Source: a virus
Lineage: Duplodnaviria > Caudoviricetes
Length of the DNA: 64,000 bases
IMG/VR virus record: IMGVR_UViG_3300026549_000040
Coordinates: 80,876-144,875 of that record
Direction: 5' to 3' (one strand)
Below, piece after piece: positions 54,864-63,716 of this stretch; position 1 is the stretch's first letter, and each line of letters starts with the position of its first letter. A program made the translations under genes and the position numbers. The notes beneath the pieces were generated by a model. That model worked only from the letters and a program-made list of their open reading frames with translations, searched no databases and had not been told where the DNA came from.

Positions 54864-55649
54864 ATGATAAGATTTCAAGAAAGCGTTCCAGATTATTATA
54901 TAGAAGAATCTAGAGATTTTCAAGTATTATGTAGATTATATGATTTTACTTATAATGCTTTAAAATATAATATAGATTCTATGAGCACTATAACAAATAC
55001 AAGGTTTGCTAAAGATACTATACTTCCTCTTATAGGAGATAAATTTGGTATATATGATAAAGATTCATATTCTAATAGATATTTGTTAGAAGCTCTTCCT
55101 ATAGCAATAAAATATAAAGGCAGCATAAAAGCAGTTAATATATTAATAAATGCTTTTCTAGATAGTGAAGAAGTATTTGATTATGTTACAGCTTTTCATT
55201 GTACTGATGAAGAATCTGCAAAAGAAGTTTCAGAGCTATTGAATAGGGAAGTAAAACCCTATTCAATAGTTATATTCTTATCAACATATCCGAGTATGGT
55301 GAATCTTCATGTACTAGATGAATACTTAAAAATGGTTATACCATCAGGCATGATAGTTGAATATATGTTTGGTATGAATATTAGAGTACTGGAACAGTTC
55401 AGATATAAAGAATATGTATTCTTATTCTTTACGAATATGTCTACTGAAGTGGATGAGGTTAGAGAAAAAATGACTAAGGTACAAGATGTTTCTACTATAG
55501 CTGACAAGCATACTAAGTATACAGGTGAGTTTCCAGAAGGAGTTGAGCCTACACCGTTTACAGAAAAAGTACTTTCATCTATTGATGTTAATAGTGTGGC
55601 TATAGCTTCAGTTTCAAGTGCTCCAGAAGAAGAATCAATAGAGGGATAA
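54864..55649 (+). CDS. Baseplate wedge protein (gpI/gp7-like)
   Basis: VP.YY....RDFQ...LP.IG...R.LL......KYKGS.KAV; IPSG. Confidence 0.6.
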   Translation: MIRFQESVPDYYIEESRDFQVLCRLYDFTYNALKYNIDSMSTITNTRFAKDTILPLIGDKFGIYDKDSYSNRYLLEALPIAIKYKGSIKAVNILINAFLDSEEVFDYVTAFHCTDEESAKEVSELLNREVKPYSIVIFLSTYPSMVNLHVLDEYLKMVIPSGMIVEYMFGMNIRVLEQFRYKEYVFLFFTNMSTEVDEVREKMTKVQDVSTIADKHTKYTGEFPEGVEPTPFTEKVLSSIDVNSVAIASVSSAPEEESIEG

Positions 55650-55650
55650 A

Positions 55651-56241
55651 ATGTTAGAAAAAACTAGATATAGAGGTAAAGTAAATATTACATTAAAAAG
55701 ACATAATAGAGTATTAAGGCATACCACACATAATACCGGGTTACCCGATATGGCATTGTTATTTGCGAAAACATTATCTGGTAACTTAACGCCGATAGAT
55801 GATCTACCAAGATTATTAGATATAGGTTATATTCCTGTAAAGGAAGATACTTCTGAGAATTATTATAACAATGGTGTATGGATGTCAATACTAAATTCTC
55901 CGGTTAATATAGGTGGAAGGCAGTACCAGTATGATTCAGAACTTAATAACTGGGTAGCTATATTAACTTCCACCGTTTATTATTCAGACCTAAACGGAGC
56001 AATATTAGATGATGTTATACAGAATGTTAAAGAAGGTAATATAGAATTAAGAGCCAGACTTTGTTCTTATAATAAGAATAATAGAAAATATTTGGCGGAG
56101 ATATTATTGTCTTTAGAAGATATAACTGATCTTAAAGATAAAACATCTGCAATATTTACTTGGTATGCAGAACTATTATATAATGAAAATGATTCTTCTG
56201 ATGTTATAAGCTCAGATGTTACTAGAGGACAGGTGAGATAA
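55651..56241 (+). CDS. Putative baseplate/fibre attachment protein
   Basis: RGKVNI.L......HN.G N-terminus; position. Confidence 0.45.
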   Translation: MLEKTRYRGKVNITLKRHNRVLRHTTHNTGLPDMALLFAKTLSGNLTPIDDLPRLLDIGYIPVKEDTSENYYNNGVWMSILNSPVNIGGRQYQYDSELNNWVAILTSTVYYSDLNGAILDDVIQNVKEGNIELRARLCSYNKNNRKYLAEILLSLEDITDLKDKTSAIFTWYAELLYNENDSSDVISSDVTRGQVR

Positions 56242-56258
56242 GGAAAGGATATAACTAA

Positions 56259-57020
56259 ATGGCATATATACATAGTTTTCCTACTACTAAAAGAGAAAGC
56301 GTTAATAAGCTTCTCACAGAAAACAGTATAACAAGATTAATAAATAGACTTTTAGATATAGATGGGTTTGTAATTTCTGATGGACTAGCAAAAAAGCAGG
56401 ATGGTTCTGGAAGTGAAGTTATAGGTAACGGTGGCCAACATCTTGAAATAAATACGAATTTAAATCTAGAACAGATAACTTTTAAAGATGATATATTTGA
56501 ATTTGTACTTCGTGGGTATTATTTTTCTACTGGACTAAAAGATTTCTTAACTGCTACTAATTGGAATACATACATAACAACTCATACGCAATACGATAAA
56601 ATAGGATTGTTTGCAAGAATCTATATAGATAATACTAATGCTGATTATCCTGAATTAGTAGGTCAAGAAGCAGTTGAAATACAGTTAAATGAAAATACAG
56701 TAGATGTAGAAGCATTAAATGCACAATACATGTATTTAGAGGATTCTGGACATCCTTATTATGGAATTCAATTTTTTATATGTCCTATAAATAATGAAGG
56801 TGTACCTGATAAACCAACCCCGTATCATCCCAGCCTTCCTATAGATGCAGAAACTGGTACTATAGATGGTCTTGGTAGTGCTTATACTTATTATGACTTA
56901 TTACTTATTGAATACATTAGAAACAATGATGAATATGCAGATGGAAGTTACATACCATTTGATTCTTTAAGTAAATTTGATAGTCATTCTGTAAGAATTA
57001 TTGATGGTGGGCAGTTTTAA
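56259..57020 (+). CDS. Hypothetical structural protein
   Basis: 253 aa; last gene before a terminator; ends IDGG. Confidence 0.6.
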   Translation: MAYIHSFPTTKRESVNKLLTENSITRLINRLLDIDGFVISDGLAKKQDGSGSEVIGNGGQHLEINTNLNLEQITFKDDIFEFVLRGYYFSTGLKDFLTATNWNTYITTHTQYDKIGLFARIYIDNTNADYPELVGQEAVEIQLNENTVDVEALNAQYMYLEDSGHPYYGIQFFICPINNEGVPDKPTPYHPSLPIDAETGTIDGLGSAYTYYDLLLIEYIRNNDEYADGSYIPFDSLSKFDSHSVRIIDGGQF

Positions 57021-57032
57021 TTGAAATTTCTA

Positions 57033-57061
57033 TTTACAATTTGATACTGATATATTATAAT
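57033..57061 (+). promoter_or_regulatory. SigmaA-type promoter
   Basis: TTTACA (57033-38), 17 nt, TATAAT (57056-61). Confidence 0.7.
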
Positions 57062-57090
57062 AGAGTATATAAATATATACTCTATTTTTT
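57059..57090 (+). terminator. Intrinsic terminator of the structural region
   Basis: AATAGAGTATAT-AAAT-ATATACTCTATT followed by a T run. Confidence 0.65.
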
Positions 57091-57109
57091 ATATTTAGGA
57101 GAATTAATC

Positions 57110-57256
57110 ATGACAGATAAAGAATGGTTAAAAATTATTTTGTTTTTACTTGATGCATTAGAACAAGAACATAGAGGACTAAAAAACAATTATATAACAA
57201 TATTAGAAGAAGAATTTGGAATAAAGGCGATAATGAAAGGCGGTGACGATGAATGA
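57110..57256 (+). CDS. Small hypothetical protein (48 aa)
   Basis: AGGAG SD before ATG 57110. Confidence 0.55.
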   Translation: MTDKEWLKIILFLLDALEQEHRGLKNNYITILEEEFGIKAIMKGGDDE

Positions 57257-57326
57257 GGCATTCTATAGAAGTGGGAGAAATTCAAAACAGTTAATAAATA
57301 TAAATGATTATTAAATGGAGGAATAA

Positions 57327-57620
57327 ATGAAAAAGATAATTTGTCCAGTATGTAAAGCAGAATATACAATTCAAGAAATCTTTATTCCGGAGTCATTTTT
57401 CGGGACTATAAATAATGTAGAAAAAGACTCCTCAGGAAAGATTATTGACTATTTAGGAAATGACATGGATTTGAAAGAATCCTATAAATGTGATTATTGC
57501 AATTCTAAATTCAGTGTAACTGCTAATGTTAACTTTAAATGCTTTTCAAAAGTTAATGATTTTAATAAGAAATATTCAACAAAGTTAAAGAACCCAAAAT
57601 TGGTATTTAAAGAAGATTAA
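57327..57620 (+). CDS. Zn-ribbon protein
   Basis: CPVC...CDYC; GGAGG SD. Confidence 0.75.
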   Translation: MKKIICPVCKAEYTIQEIFIPESFFGTINNVEKDSSGKIIDYLGNDMDLKESYKCDYCNSKFSVTANVNFKCFSKVNDFNKKYSTKLKNPKLVFKED

Positions 57621-59321
57621 ATGATATATATAAAAGAAGTAAGTCCACCTGTAAAACTACCAGGACTATCCTCATTAACTGTAAAATTTAATTATGATAA
57701 AAGATTAGTGGATTCGATACATCAAGTTCCTAATGCTATTTGGCATAAGAAATTAGGTGTGTGGGAAATACCATTAACTTCATTATCTCGTGCAATTAAT
57801 CTACTAAGCAACTATGATGATATAGAGTTAGACATTGAAGGATCAGATATTGAAACTCTTTATTACCATAAGAATAATAAAGATTCACTTCACGAAGATT
57901 TATATAAAGTAGATTTATTTGATCATCAAAAGGAAGGAGTTAAGTACGGGTTAACTCATGATAGATTTTTACTTCTTGACCAACCCGGACTTGGAAAAAC
58001 CCTTCAAATGATTTATCTTGCAGAGGAATTAAAACTCAGAGATAGTATAGAGCATTGTTTTATAATTTGTGGGTTGAATACGTTAAAATATAATTGGAAG
58101 AAAGAAATAGAAAAGTTTTCCAATTTATCATGTAGAATGCTCGGTGAAAGAATAAATAAAAAAGGAAAGGCTTCTATAGGGTCTGTAAAAGATAGATTAG
58201 ATGATTTGAAAAATCCTATTGAAGATTTTTTTATCATAACGAATATAGAAACTTTAAGGAATCAAGAAATAATAGCTGAGCTTAGAAAGAAAAAACCTGC
58301 GAATAAAATTGATATGATGGTGTTAGATGAATGTCATGTTTGTAAAAATCCATCTTCTCAGCAAGGTAAAAATTTACTTAAAATATCTTCAAAGTATATG
58401 GTAGGTTTGACTGGTACTTTATTATTAAATTCACCATTAGATGCTTATGTTCCTTTAAAATGGTTAGGTATAGAAAATTCAACATATACTAATTATAAAT
58501 ATTACTATTGTAAGTTTACAGGAGTATTCAATAATATATTAGAAGGTTATCAAAATACACAAGTACTAAAGGATGAATTAGAAAAGTATTCACTTAGAAG
58601 AACTAAAGATCTGTTGAGTCTTCCTGAAAAAAATATTATACATGAAGAATTAAATATGGAGCAGGATCAAAATAAGTTCTACACAAACATAGTTAATGGT
58701 ATAGTGCAGGAAGTAGATAAAGTACATATAAATACATCTACTATATTATCCATGGTCACAAGATTAAGACAAGCTACAGCATGCCCATCTATTTTATCTT
58801 CCAGTAATATAAGTTCTGTCAAGATAAATAGGACAGTAGATCTTACAGAACAAATAGTTAATAATGGTGATAAGGTTGTTATATTTTCTGTTTTTAAACA
58901 GACATTGAATGAGTTAGCTGAAAAATTAAAGGCTTATAATCCATTAATATGCACCGGTGATTTAAAAGATAGTGAGATATCAAGCAGTATAGATAAATTT
59001 CAAAATAATAATGACAATAAAGTAATGCTTGCTACAACTGCTAAGATGGGAACTGGTATAACATTAAATAGAGCTTCTTATGCTATCTTTATTGACACTC
59101 CATGGACAGCCGCACAAGCAGAACAGTGTGAAGATAGAATTCATAGAATCGGTAGTAAAAATTCTGTATTTATTTATTATTTATGGGTAAAAGATACGAT
59201 AGATGAAAGAGTAAGGTCCATTTTAGAAACCAAAGAAGCTATGTCAGACTATATCATAGATGATAAGCTAGATAATTCTTTATTAAATAATCTAAAACAA
59301 TATATACTAGATATCGTTTAA
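57621..59321 (+). CDS. SNF2-family helicase with N-terminal HARP-like segment
   Basis: DQPGLGKT, DECH, LTGT, RLRQ, GTGITL, QCEDRIHRIG. Confidence 0.92.
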   Translation: MIYIKEVSPPVKLPGLSSLTVKFNYDKRLVDSIHQVPNAIWHKKLGVWEIPLTSLSRAINLLSNYDDIELDIEGSDIETLYYHKNNKDSLHEDLYKVDLFDHQKEGVKYGLTHDRFLLLDQPGLGKTLQMIYLAEELKLRDSIEHCFIICGLNTLKYNWKKEIEKFSNLSCRMLGERINKKGKASIGSVKDRLDDLKNPIEDFFIITNIETLRNQEIIAELRKKKPANKIDMMVLDECHVCKNPSSQQGKNLLKISSKYMVGLTGTLLLNSPLDAYVPLKWLGIENSTYTNYKYYYCKFTGVFNNILEGYQNTQVLKDELEKYSLRRTKDLLSLPEKNIIHEELNMEQDQNKFYTNIVNGIVQEVDKVHINTSTILSMVTRLRQATACPSILSSSNISSVKINRTVDLTEQIVNNGDKVVIFSVFKQTLNELAEKLKAYNPLICTGDLKDSEISSSIDKFQNNNDNKVMLATTAKMGTGITLNRASYAIFIDTPWTAAQAEQCEDRIHRIGSKNSVFIYYLWVKDTIDERVRSILETKEAMSDYIIDDKLDNSLLNNLKQYILDIV

Positions 59322-59384
59322 GTTATATAATAAGTATGTAAGGAGTAGGATTATTCTTGAAAGTTATGAAAGGAGAGCTACAAA

Positions 59385-59615
59385 ATGATTAGAAAGTATG
59401 GTTCAGGAATGAGTGATAGAACACAAACAACGGTAAATGGTGGAGTAGGATTTACAGGGTTATTAACCATTGTATTTATCGTATTAAAACTTTTAGGTGT
59501 AATTTCATGGAGTTGGCTATGGGTACTATCACCTATATGGATTGAGACCATAATTGTGCTTATAGTATTAGTAGTGTTGATTATTTTGTACAGGAGAGAT
59601 ACAAAATGGTTGTAA
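59385..59615 (+). CDS. Small two-TM membrane protein
   Basis: GFTGLLTIVFIVLKLLGVISWSWLWVLSPIWI. Confidence 0.75.
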   Translation: MIRKYGSGMSDRTQTTVNGGVGFTGLLTIVFIVLKLLGVISWSWLWVLSPIWIETIIVLIVLVVLIILYRRDTKWL

Positions 59616-59677
59616 GAATCTTGAACATAACTGATTAATTTTGTGTAAAAGAAACGACAGAAAGAGGATAGTAAAGT

Positions 59678-59935
59678 ATGAAATTGATTGATGCAGATTT
59701 ATTTGCAAGTACAGTTTTTGAGTTAAGTGATAAAAGAAATATGACCACAACTACAGAGACAATACTTGATATTATAAAATATATGGCAACTATAGATGCT
59801 GTAGTGGTGTGTAGATGTCGGGATTGCAAGCATAGTTGTGAAATTGTAGAAATGCCTTGTTTTTATTGGTGTAAACTTTTTGATCGTCCTGTGGAAGATA
59901 CAGATTATTGCTCATGTGGAAAGGAATCGAAATAA
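59678..59935 (+). CDS. LIDAD-type Cys-rich small phage protein
   Basis: MKLIDAD...VCRCRDCKH...DYCSCG. Confidence 0.7.
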   Translation: MKLIDADLFASTVFELSDKRNMTTTTETILDIIKYMATIDAVVVCRCRDCKHSCEIVEMPCFYWCKLFDRPVEDTDYCSCGKESK

Positions 59936-59990
59936 AAAATGGTAGGAGTAGTATTAAGACATGAATATTAAAAGAAAGTGAGGTAGAGGA

Positions 59991-60413
59991 ATGATAATCA
60001 CATGGATATTAATATTAATGATGCTATGTGGAATTGGTTGGGCTGTATTTGCGATCTTAGAATGTGAAACAAAAGTTGGTAAGATTGGTATAGCAGTAGC
60101 ATCAATTATCATTGCAATAAGTTTGAGTGGAGTGTTGTTTTGGCATTTATATTACACAGAAAGTGGTAAAAGAGCACAGAAAACTTTCCACTCAGAAGTG
60201 GATGGAGGACTATACAGAATTGTAAAAGTTTACGACATGCAAGGTGAACAAATAGCAGAGTACAAAGGCAAGTTTGATATTGAGGAAAATCAAACAGATG
60301 GAGTGACTAAAATTAAATTCGATTTAGGTGGTGAACGACACATCATATATTGCTCAACAGGAACAGTAATTATCGACGAGATACCAACAAACAAAGGAAG
60401 TGATGGTGAATGA
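59991..60413 (+). CDS. Membrane-anchored hypothetical protein
   Basis: Two N-terminal TM segments followed by a soluble domain. Confidence 0.7.
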   Translation: MIITWILILMMLCGIGWAVFAILECETKVGKIGIAVASIIIAISLSGVLFWHLYYTESGKRAQKTFHSEVDGGLYRIVKVYDMQGEQIAEYKGKFDIEENQTDGVTKIKFDLGGERHIIYCSTGTVIIDEIPTNKGSDGE

Positions 60414-60589
60414 CATTTGAAGAAGTATTAAATAAATTTAAAGATGTGTTTCCATTTGTTGATTTCGATGATTATAGACCAATATGCCATGAATTGTTCA
60501 CAGACGGAAAATCAGGAATCACGGTGTGGTTAAAAAATGGAGATATTATTGAATATTATCCGAATGATGAAAGTGAGTTAGAGAAATGA
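60410..60589 (+). CDS. Hypothetical protein (59 aa, not in ORF track)
   Basis: MTFEEVL...VWLKNGDIIEYYP; ATGA overlaps at both ends. Confidence 0.65.
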   Translation: MTFEEVLNKFKDVFPFVDFDDYRPICHELFTDGKSGITVWLKNGDIIEYYPNDESELEK

Positions 60590-60870
60590 GCATATACATA
60601 AAAGATATAGATATGCCAAAAGAAAATAATATACTAGAGGTAAGAATATATCCCAGTGGAAAAGTGTCGATGGTATATGACATAAAATGTGAACAGATTG
60701 CAACAGCTATAGAATTATCAACACCACATGGAGATTTAGTTGATCATTCAGAAATTGGGCCTATTCTTATAAAAGCGTTAGATGAATGTGAAATATCAGA
60801 AGCAGATAAAGGTCACGTAATAAGAGCAGTATGGATGGCGCCAACAGTTATAGAAGGTGAGGTAGAATAA
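60586..60870 (+). CDS. Cassette-family protein (YIK..MPK / PHGxL.D / PTVIE)
   Basis: Paralogous blocks shared with the next gene. Confidence 0.7.
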   Translation: MSIYIKDIDMPKENNILEVRIYPSGKVSMVYDIKCEQIATAIELSTPHGDLVDHSEIGPILIKALDECEISEADKGHVIRAVWMAPTVIEGEVE

Positions 60871-61193
60871 TGGGCGTATACATAAAGGGTGTGAAGATGC
60901 CGAAATGTTGTGCAGAATGTTCATTTGAAACATTATTTTCTGACGATATACATTATTGCACTGTCAGAGAGATTGCCAAAGAGATTCCTACAGAAGATTA
61001 TTGGGAATGTAGACCATCGTTCTGTCCAATGAGTGAAGTACCAGAGCCACACGGACGGCTGATAGATGCAGATGCGTTGGCAGATGATTTAGAAACAGAC
61101 GGTAAAGAATTTGGCGATGAAATGAAACTTAATTGCGCTTCATGGCTACGCTCAAATGCCACACCAACCGTCATAGAAAGGAGCGACAAATGA
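60870..61193 (+). CDS. Cassette-family Cys-rich protein (YIKG..MPK / PHGRLIDAD / PTVIE)
   Basis: CCAEC, CP motifs. Confidence 0.7.
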   Translation: MGVYIKGVKMPKCCAECSFETLFSDDIHYCTVREIAKEIPTEDYWECRPSFCPMSEVPEPHGRLIDADALADDLETDGKEFGDEMKLNCASWLRSNATPTVIERSDK

Positions 61194-61492
61194 GCGATTC
61201 AATCAGCAGACAGGATGCGGTCAGCGAAATAGATGAATGGATTCAGATGGCTACTGGCAACGAAACTGATATGGCAATAAAAGATTTTTTATCATTTCTC
61301 AAAAAACGCATCGAATCGCTCCCATCCGCAGAGCCGAAGACAGGGAAGTGGGTGAAGATAATAGATGAAGAAACGCCTAACTTAACTAAATGGCATTACG
61401 AATGCGACCAGTGCGGAGCAGGACGATGGGAAGAAGGGCAACGGTATTGCCAAAACTGCGGAGCGGATATGAGAGGTGAACAGGATGAATGA
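61190..61492 (+). CDS. DLISRQ-family Zn-ribbon protein
   Basis: MSDSISRQDA...LPSAEP.TGKW...CDQCG...CQNCGADM; AAGGAG SD. Confidence 0.75.
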   Translation: MSDSISRQDAVSEIDEWIQMATGNETDMAIKDFLSFLKKRIESLPSAEPKTGKWVKIIDEETPNLTKWHYECDQCGAGRWEEGQRYCQNCGADMRGEQDE

Positions 61493-61856
61493 CTTAATCA
61501 GCAGACAGGCGGCGATTGATGCGCTTGATGAAATCGAGTCTGAAGTCGCAGATGGATATGGTTATCAATACGAGAAGTGGAGAAAATATTTCTGTGGCTT
61601 GCCATCCGCACAGCCTGAACCTAAATGGATTCCGTGTGATAAAGGTGAGCCAGACGAAGACACGGAGTGTTGGGTGACGGTCAAAACCACAGATGCTCTT
61701 TATCGTGGGAACTTTACAAAACGCTATGGTGAACGGAGAGATAAAGGCTTCATCACAAACGGCGGCTTTATGTGGTGGAACACGGCGCTTGCATGGATGC
61801 CGATTTACGAACCTGAGCCGTACCGCCCGGAAGGAGATGACAAGCATGAAGGATGA
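61485..61856 (+). CDS. DLISRQ-family protein with DUF551-like C-terminus
   Basis: MNDLISRQAAIDAL...LPSAQPEPKWIP...AWMP..EPY. Confidence 0.75.
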   Translation: MNDLISRQAAIDALDEIESEVADGYGYQYEKWRKYFCGLPSAQPEPKWIPCDKGEPDEDTECWVTVKTTDALYRGNFTKRYGERRDKGFITNGGFMWWNTALAWMPIYEPEPYRPEGDDKHEG

Positions 61857-62112
61857 TTTAATAAGCAGACAGGATGCGATAGATGCGTTGATGAATGATT
61901 CTGATTGGGCAGACGCAATACCGACAATCAAATCACTCCCTCCCGCACAGCCAGAACGCAAGAAGGGGCAATGGATGAAAGAAGATAGAGGTCATGTTGA
62001 ATACTGTGCGGTCTGCGACCAATGCGGATTTGATTGGATATGGAGCGACAGGGAGTATTTTAAGTTCTGCCCCAACTGCGGTGCGGATATGAGAGGTGAG
62101 AACGATGGATGA
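61846..62112 (+). CDS. DLISRQ-family Zn-ribbon protein
   Basis: MKDDLISRQDAIDAL...LPPAQP..KGQW..CDQCG..CPNCGADM. Confidence 0.75.
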   Translation: MKDDLISRQDAIDALMNDSDWADAIPTIKSLPPAQPERKKGQWMKEDRGHVEYCAVCDQCGFDWIWSDREYFKFCPNCGADMRGENDG

Positions 62113-62246
62113 TTTAATAAGCAGACAGGATGCGATAGATGCGTTGAAAGGTTTGCCGACATGGTGGGCGGACGGCGGAATACAAAACGAAGTATTGTCC
62201 TGAGTGTGGAGCAAAAATGGACGGAAAGGAGCAAGAGCATGAATAA
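62105..62246 (+). pseudogene. Internally deleted DLISRQ-family gene
   Basis: MDDLISRQDAIDALKGLPTWWADGG joined out of frame to EYKTKYCPECGAKMDGKEQEHE*. Confidence 0.65.
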
Positions 62247-62388
62247 GCGTATCAAAAAGAAAAAGCTCAAACAATGGGTTAAAAACAATGTGAAAGTGGC
62301 ATATTCGATACAACCACTAGATAATGGCAACTGTAAATTGTATGCAACAATAAAGGAGCAAGAGCATGAAAGTGAGGATAAGGAATGA
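62239..62388 (+). CDS. Small basic protein (49 aa) between 19-bp direct repeats
   Basis: MNKRIKKKKLKQW...; AAAGGAGCAAGAGCATGAA at 62225 and 62352. Confidence 0.6.
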   Translation: MNKRIKKKKLKQWVKNNVKVAYSIQPLDNGNCKLYATIKEQEHESEDKE

Positions 62389-63017
62389 CAGATATTATAA
62401 AATCTATCTCTTATGATAATGATGAAATTATAGCAAATATATTAGAATTGCACGTTCCTAATCATTTCATAGATTGTGACCCTACTTATAGCAAAGGTGT
62501 TTTTTATAAAAATAACATTCCACAACCAAAGTATAAATATGATATTAATCCCGTTGTAGATGGTGTAATAAAAGCTGATTGTAGAAACTTACCATTGGCT
62601 GATAGTAGTATAAATTGTCTTATGTTTGACCCACCATTTTTAGCAACAACAGGAAAATCATTAACAAATAATAGTGGCAATATAATAAATAAAAGATTTG
62701 GAGTATATCCATCAGAATCGGAACTACATCAATTCTATATTGATAGTATGAAAGAGTTTTATCGAGTATTGAGATATGATGGTGTTTTGATTTTTAAGTG
62801 TCAAGACAAGGTAAGTAGTGGAAAGCAGTATATGACACATTGTTTTATTTATGAAGAGGCGATGCGAATCGGCTTTTATCCCAAAGACTTATTTATACTT
62901 TTAGCAAAAAGTAGGATTGTTGCGGATTGGCAAAAGAAATCACAAAAGCATAGTAGAAAATTTCATAGTTATTTTTGGGTATTCACTAAAAACAACAAAA
63001 AGATAACTTATATATGA
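62385..63017 (+). CDS. DNA amino-methyltransferase (N6-A/N4-C type)
   Basis: DPTY..G, DI, ADCRNLPL, FDPPF, EFYRVL..GVLIFK. Confidence 0.8.
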   Translation: MTDIIKSISYDNDEIIANILELHVPNHFIDCDPTYSKGVFYKNNIPQPKYKYDINPVVDGVIKADCRNLPLADSSINCLMFDPPFLATTGKSLTNNSGNIINKRFGVYPSESELHQFYIDSMKEFYRVLRYDGVLIFKCQDKVSSGKQYMTHCFIYEEAMRIGFYPKDLFILLAKSRIVADWQKKSQKHSRKFHSYFWVFTKNNKKITYI

Positions 63018-63035
63018 CACGCATAGGCAAAGAAT

Positions 63036-63136
63036 AAAGTGAGGATAAGGAATGAGTGATTTAATCAGCAGACAGGCGGCGATTGATGCGCTACAAGGCA
63101 GAAAGTGAGGATAAGGAATGAGTGATTTAATCAGCA
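63036..63136 (+). repeat. 35-bp direct repeat enclosing an 18-codon mini-ORF
   Basis: AAAGTGAGGATAAGGAATGAGTGATTTAATCAGCA at 63036-63070 and 63102-63136; first 20 nt also at 62369-62388. Confidence 0.9.
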
Positions 63137-63459
63137 AAAGGTTTATTCAAGATGCGTTGATAGAAAAAATATCGAATCTAAATGCGGAAGGTGCAACACA
63201 AACAGCAAGAGAATTGATTCGCTTAAAGAAGTTCGTTGATGGTTTGACGCCACCCGCATCAGCCGAAGCTGTACATGGTGAGTGGATAGAGGTGGAAGTG
63301 TTTCCAGAAGTATATGACATTGAAGGTGTTAAGACTTGGGGAAGTGAGATGCAATGCGACCAATGCGGATTTAGACATACGGCTATTGAAGGGCACATGG
63401 CACAGTACAACTTCTGCCCTCATTGCGGAGCGAAGATGGACGGAGAAAGGAGCGAGTGA
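63118..63459 (+). CDS. DLIS-family Zn-ribbon protein
   Basis: MSDLISK...HGEW...CDQCG...FCPHCGAKMDG. Confidence 0.75.
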   Translation: MSDLISKRFIQDALIEKISNLNAEGATQTARELIRLKKFVDGLTPPASAEAVHGEWIEVEVFPEVYDIEGVKTWGSEMQCDQCGFRHTAIEGHMAQYNFCPHCGAKMDGERSE

Positions 63460-63716
63460 TGAGAGCAATAATCGGTGATGTAGTTATTGATAAGACATAC
63501 CACAAGAACGGAAGGCTTTCTATTGTTGTAGGCGAAGGAATCAGCCAACCAATTCTTTTGCACCATAAAAGCGGTATCACGATGGATAAACTTGGGGATT
63601 CCTTTTCAACATGGGAAGGACTCGAAGTAATCGGTCATATCGACTTTGAAAAGATATGGGTAGAAGCGGAAAAGATAGCCGATACTCCGCAGACGGAAAG
63701 GAGTGAGGACGAATGA
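63459..63716 (+). CDS. Hypothetical protein
   Basis: AAGGAG SD; ends ADTPQTERSEDE. Confidence 0.6.
   Translation: MRAIIGDVVIDKTYHKNGRLSIVVGEGISQPILLHHKSGITMDKLGDSFSTWEGLEVIGHIDFEKIWVEAEKIADTPQTERSEDE

Noticed and set aside
59385-59615. Holin call
   Set aside because: No adjacent endolysin and it lies in an early-type region; only a membrane protein call is supported.
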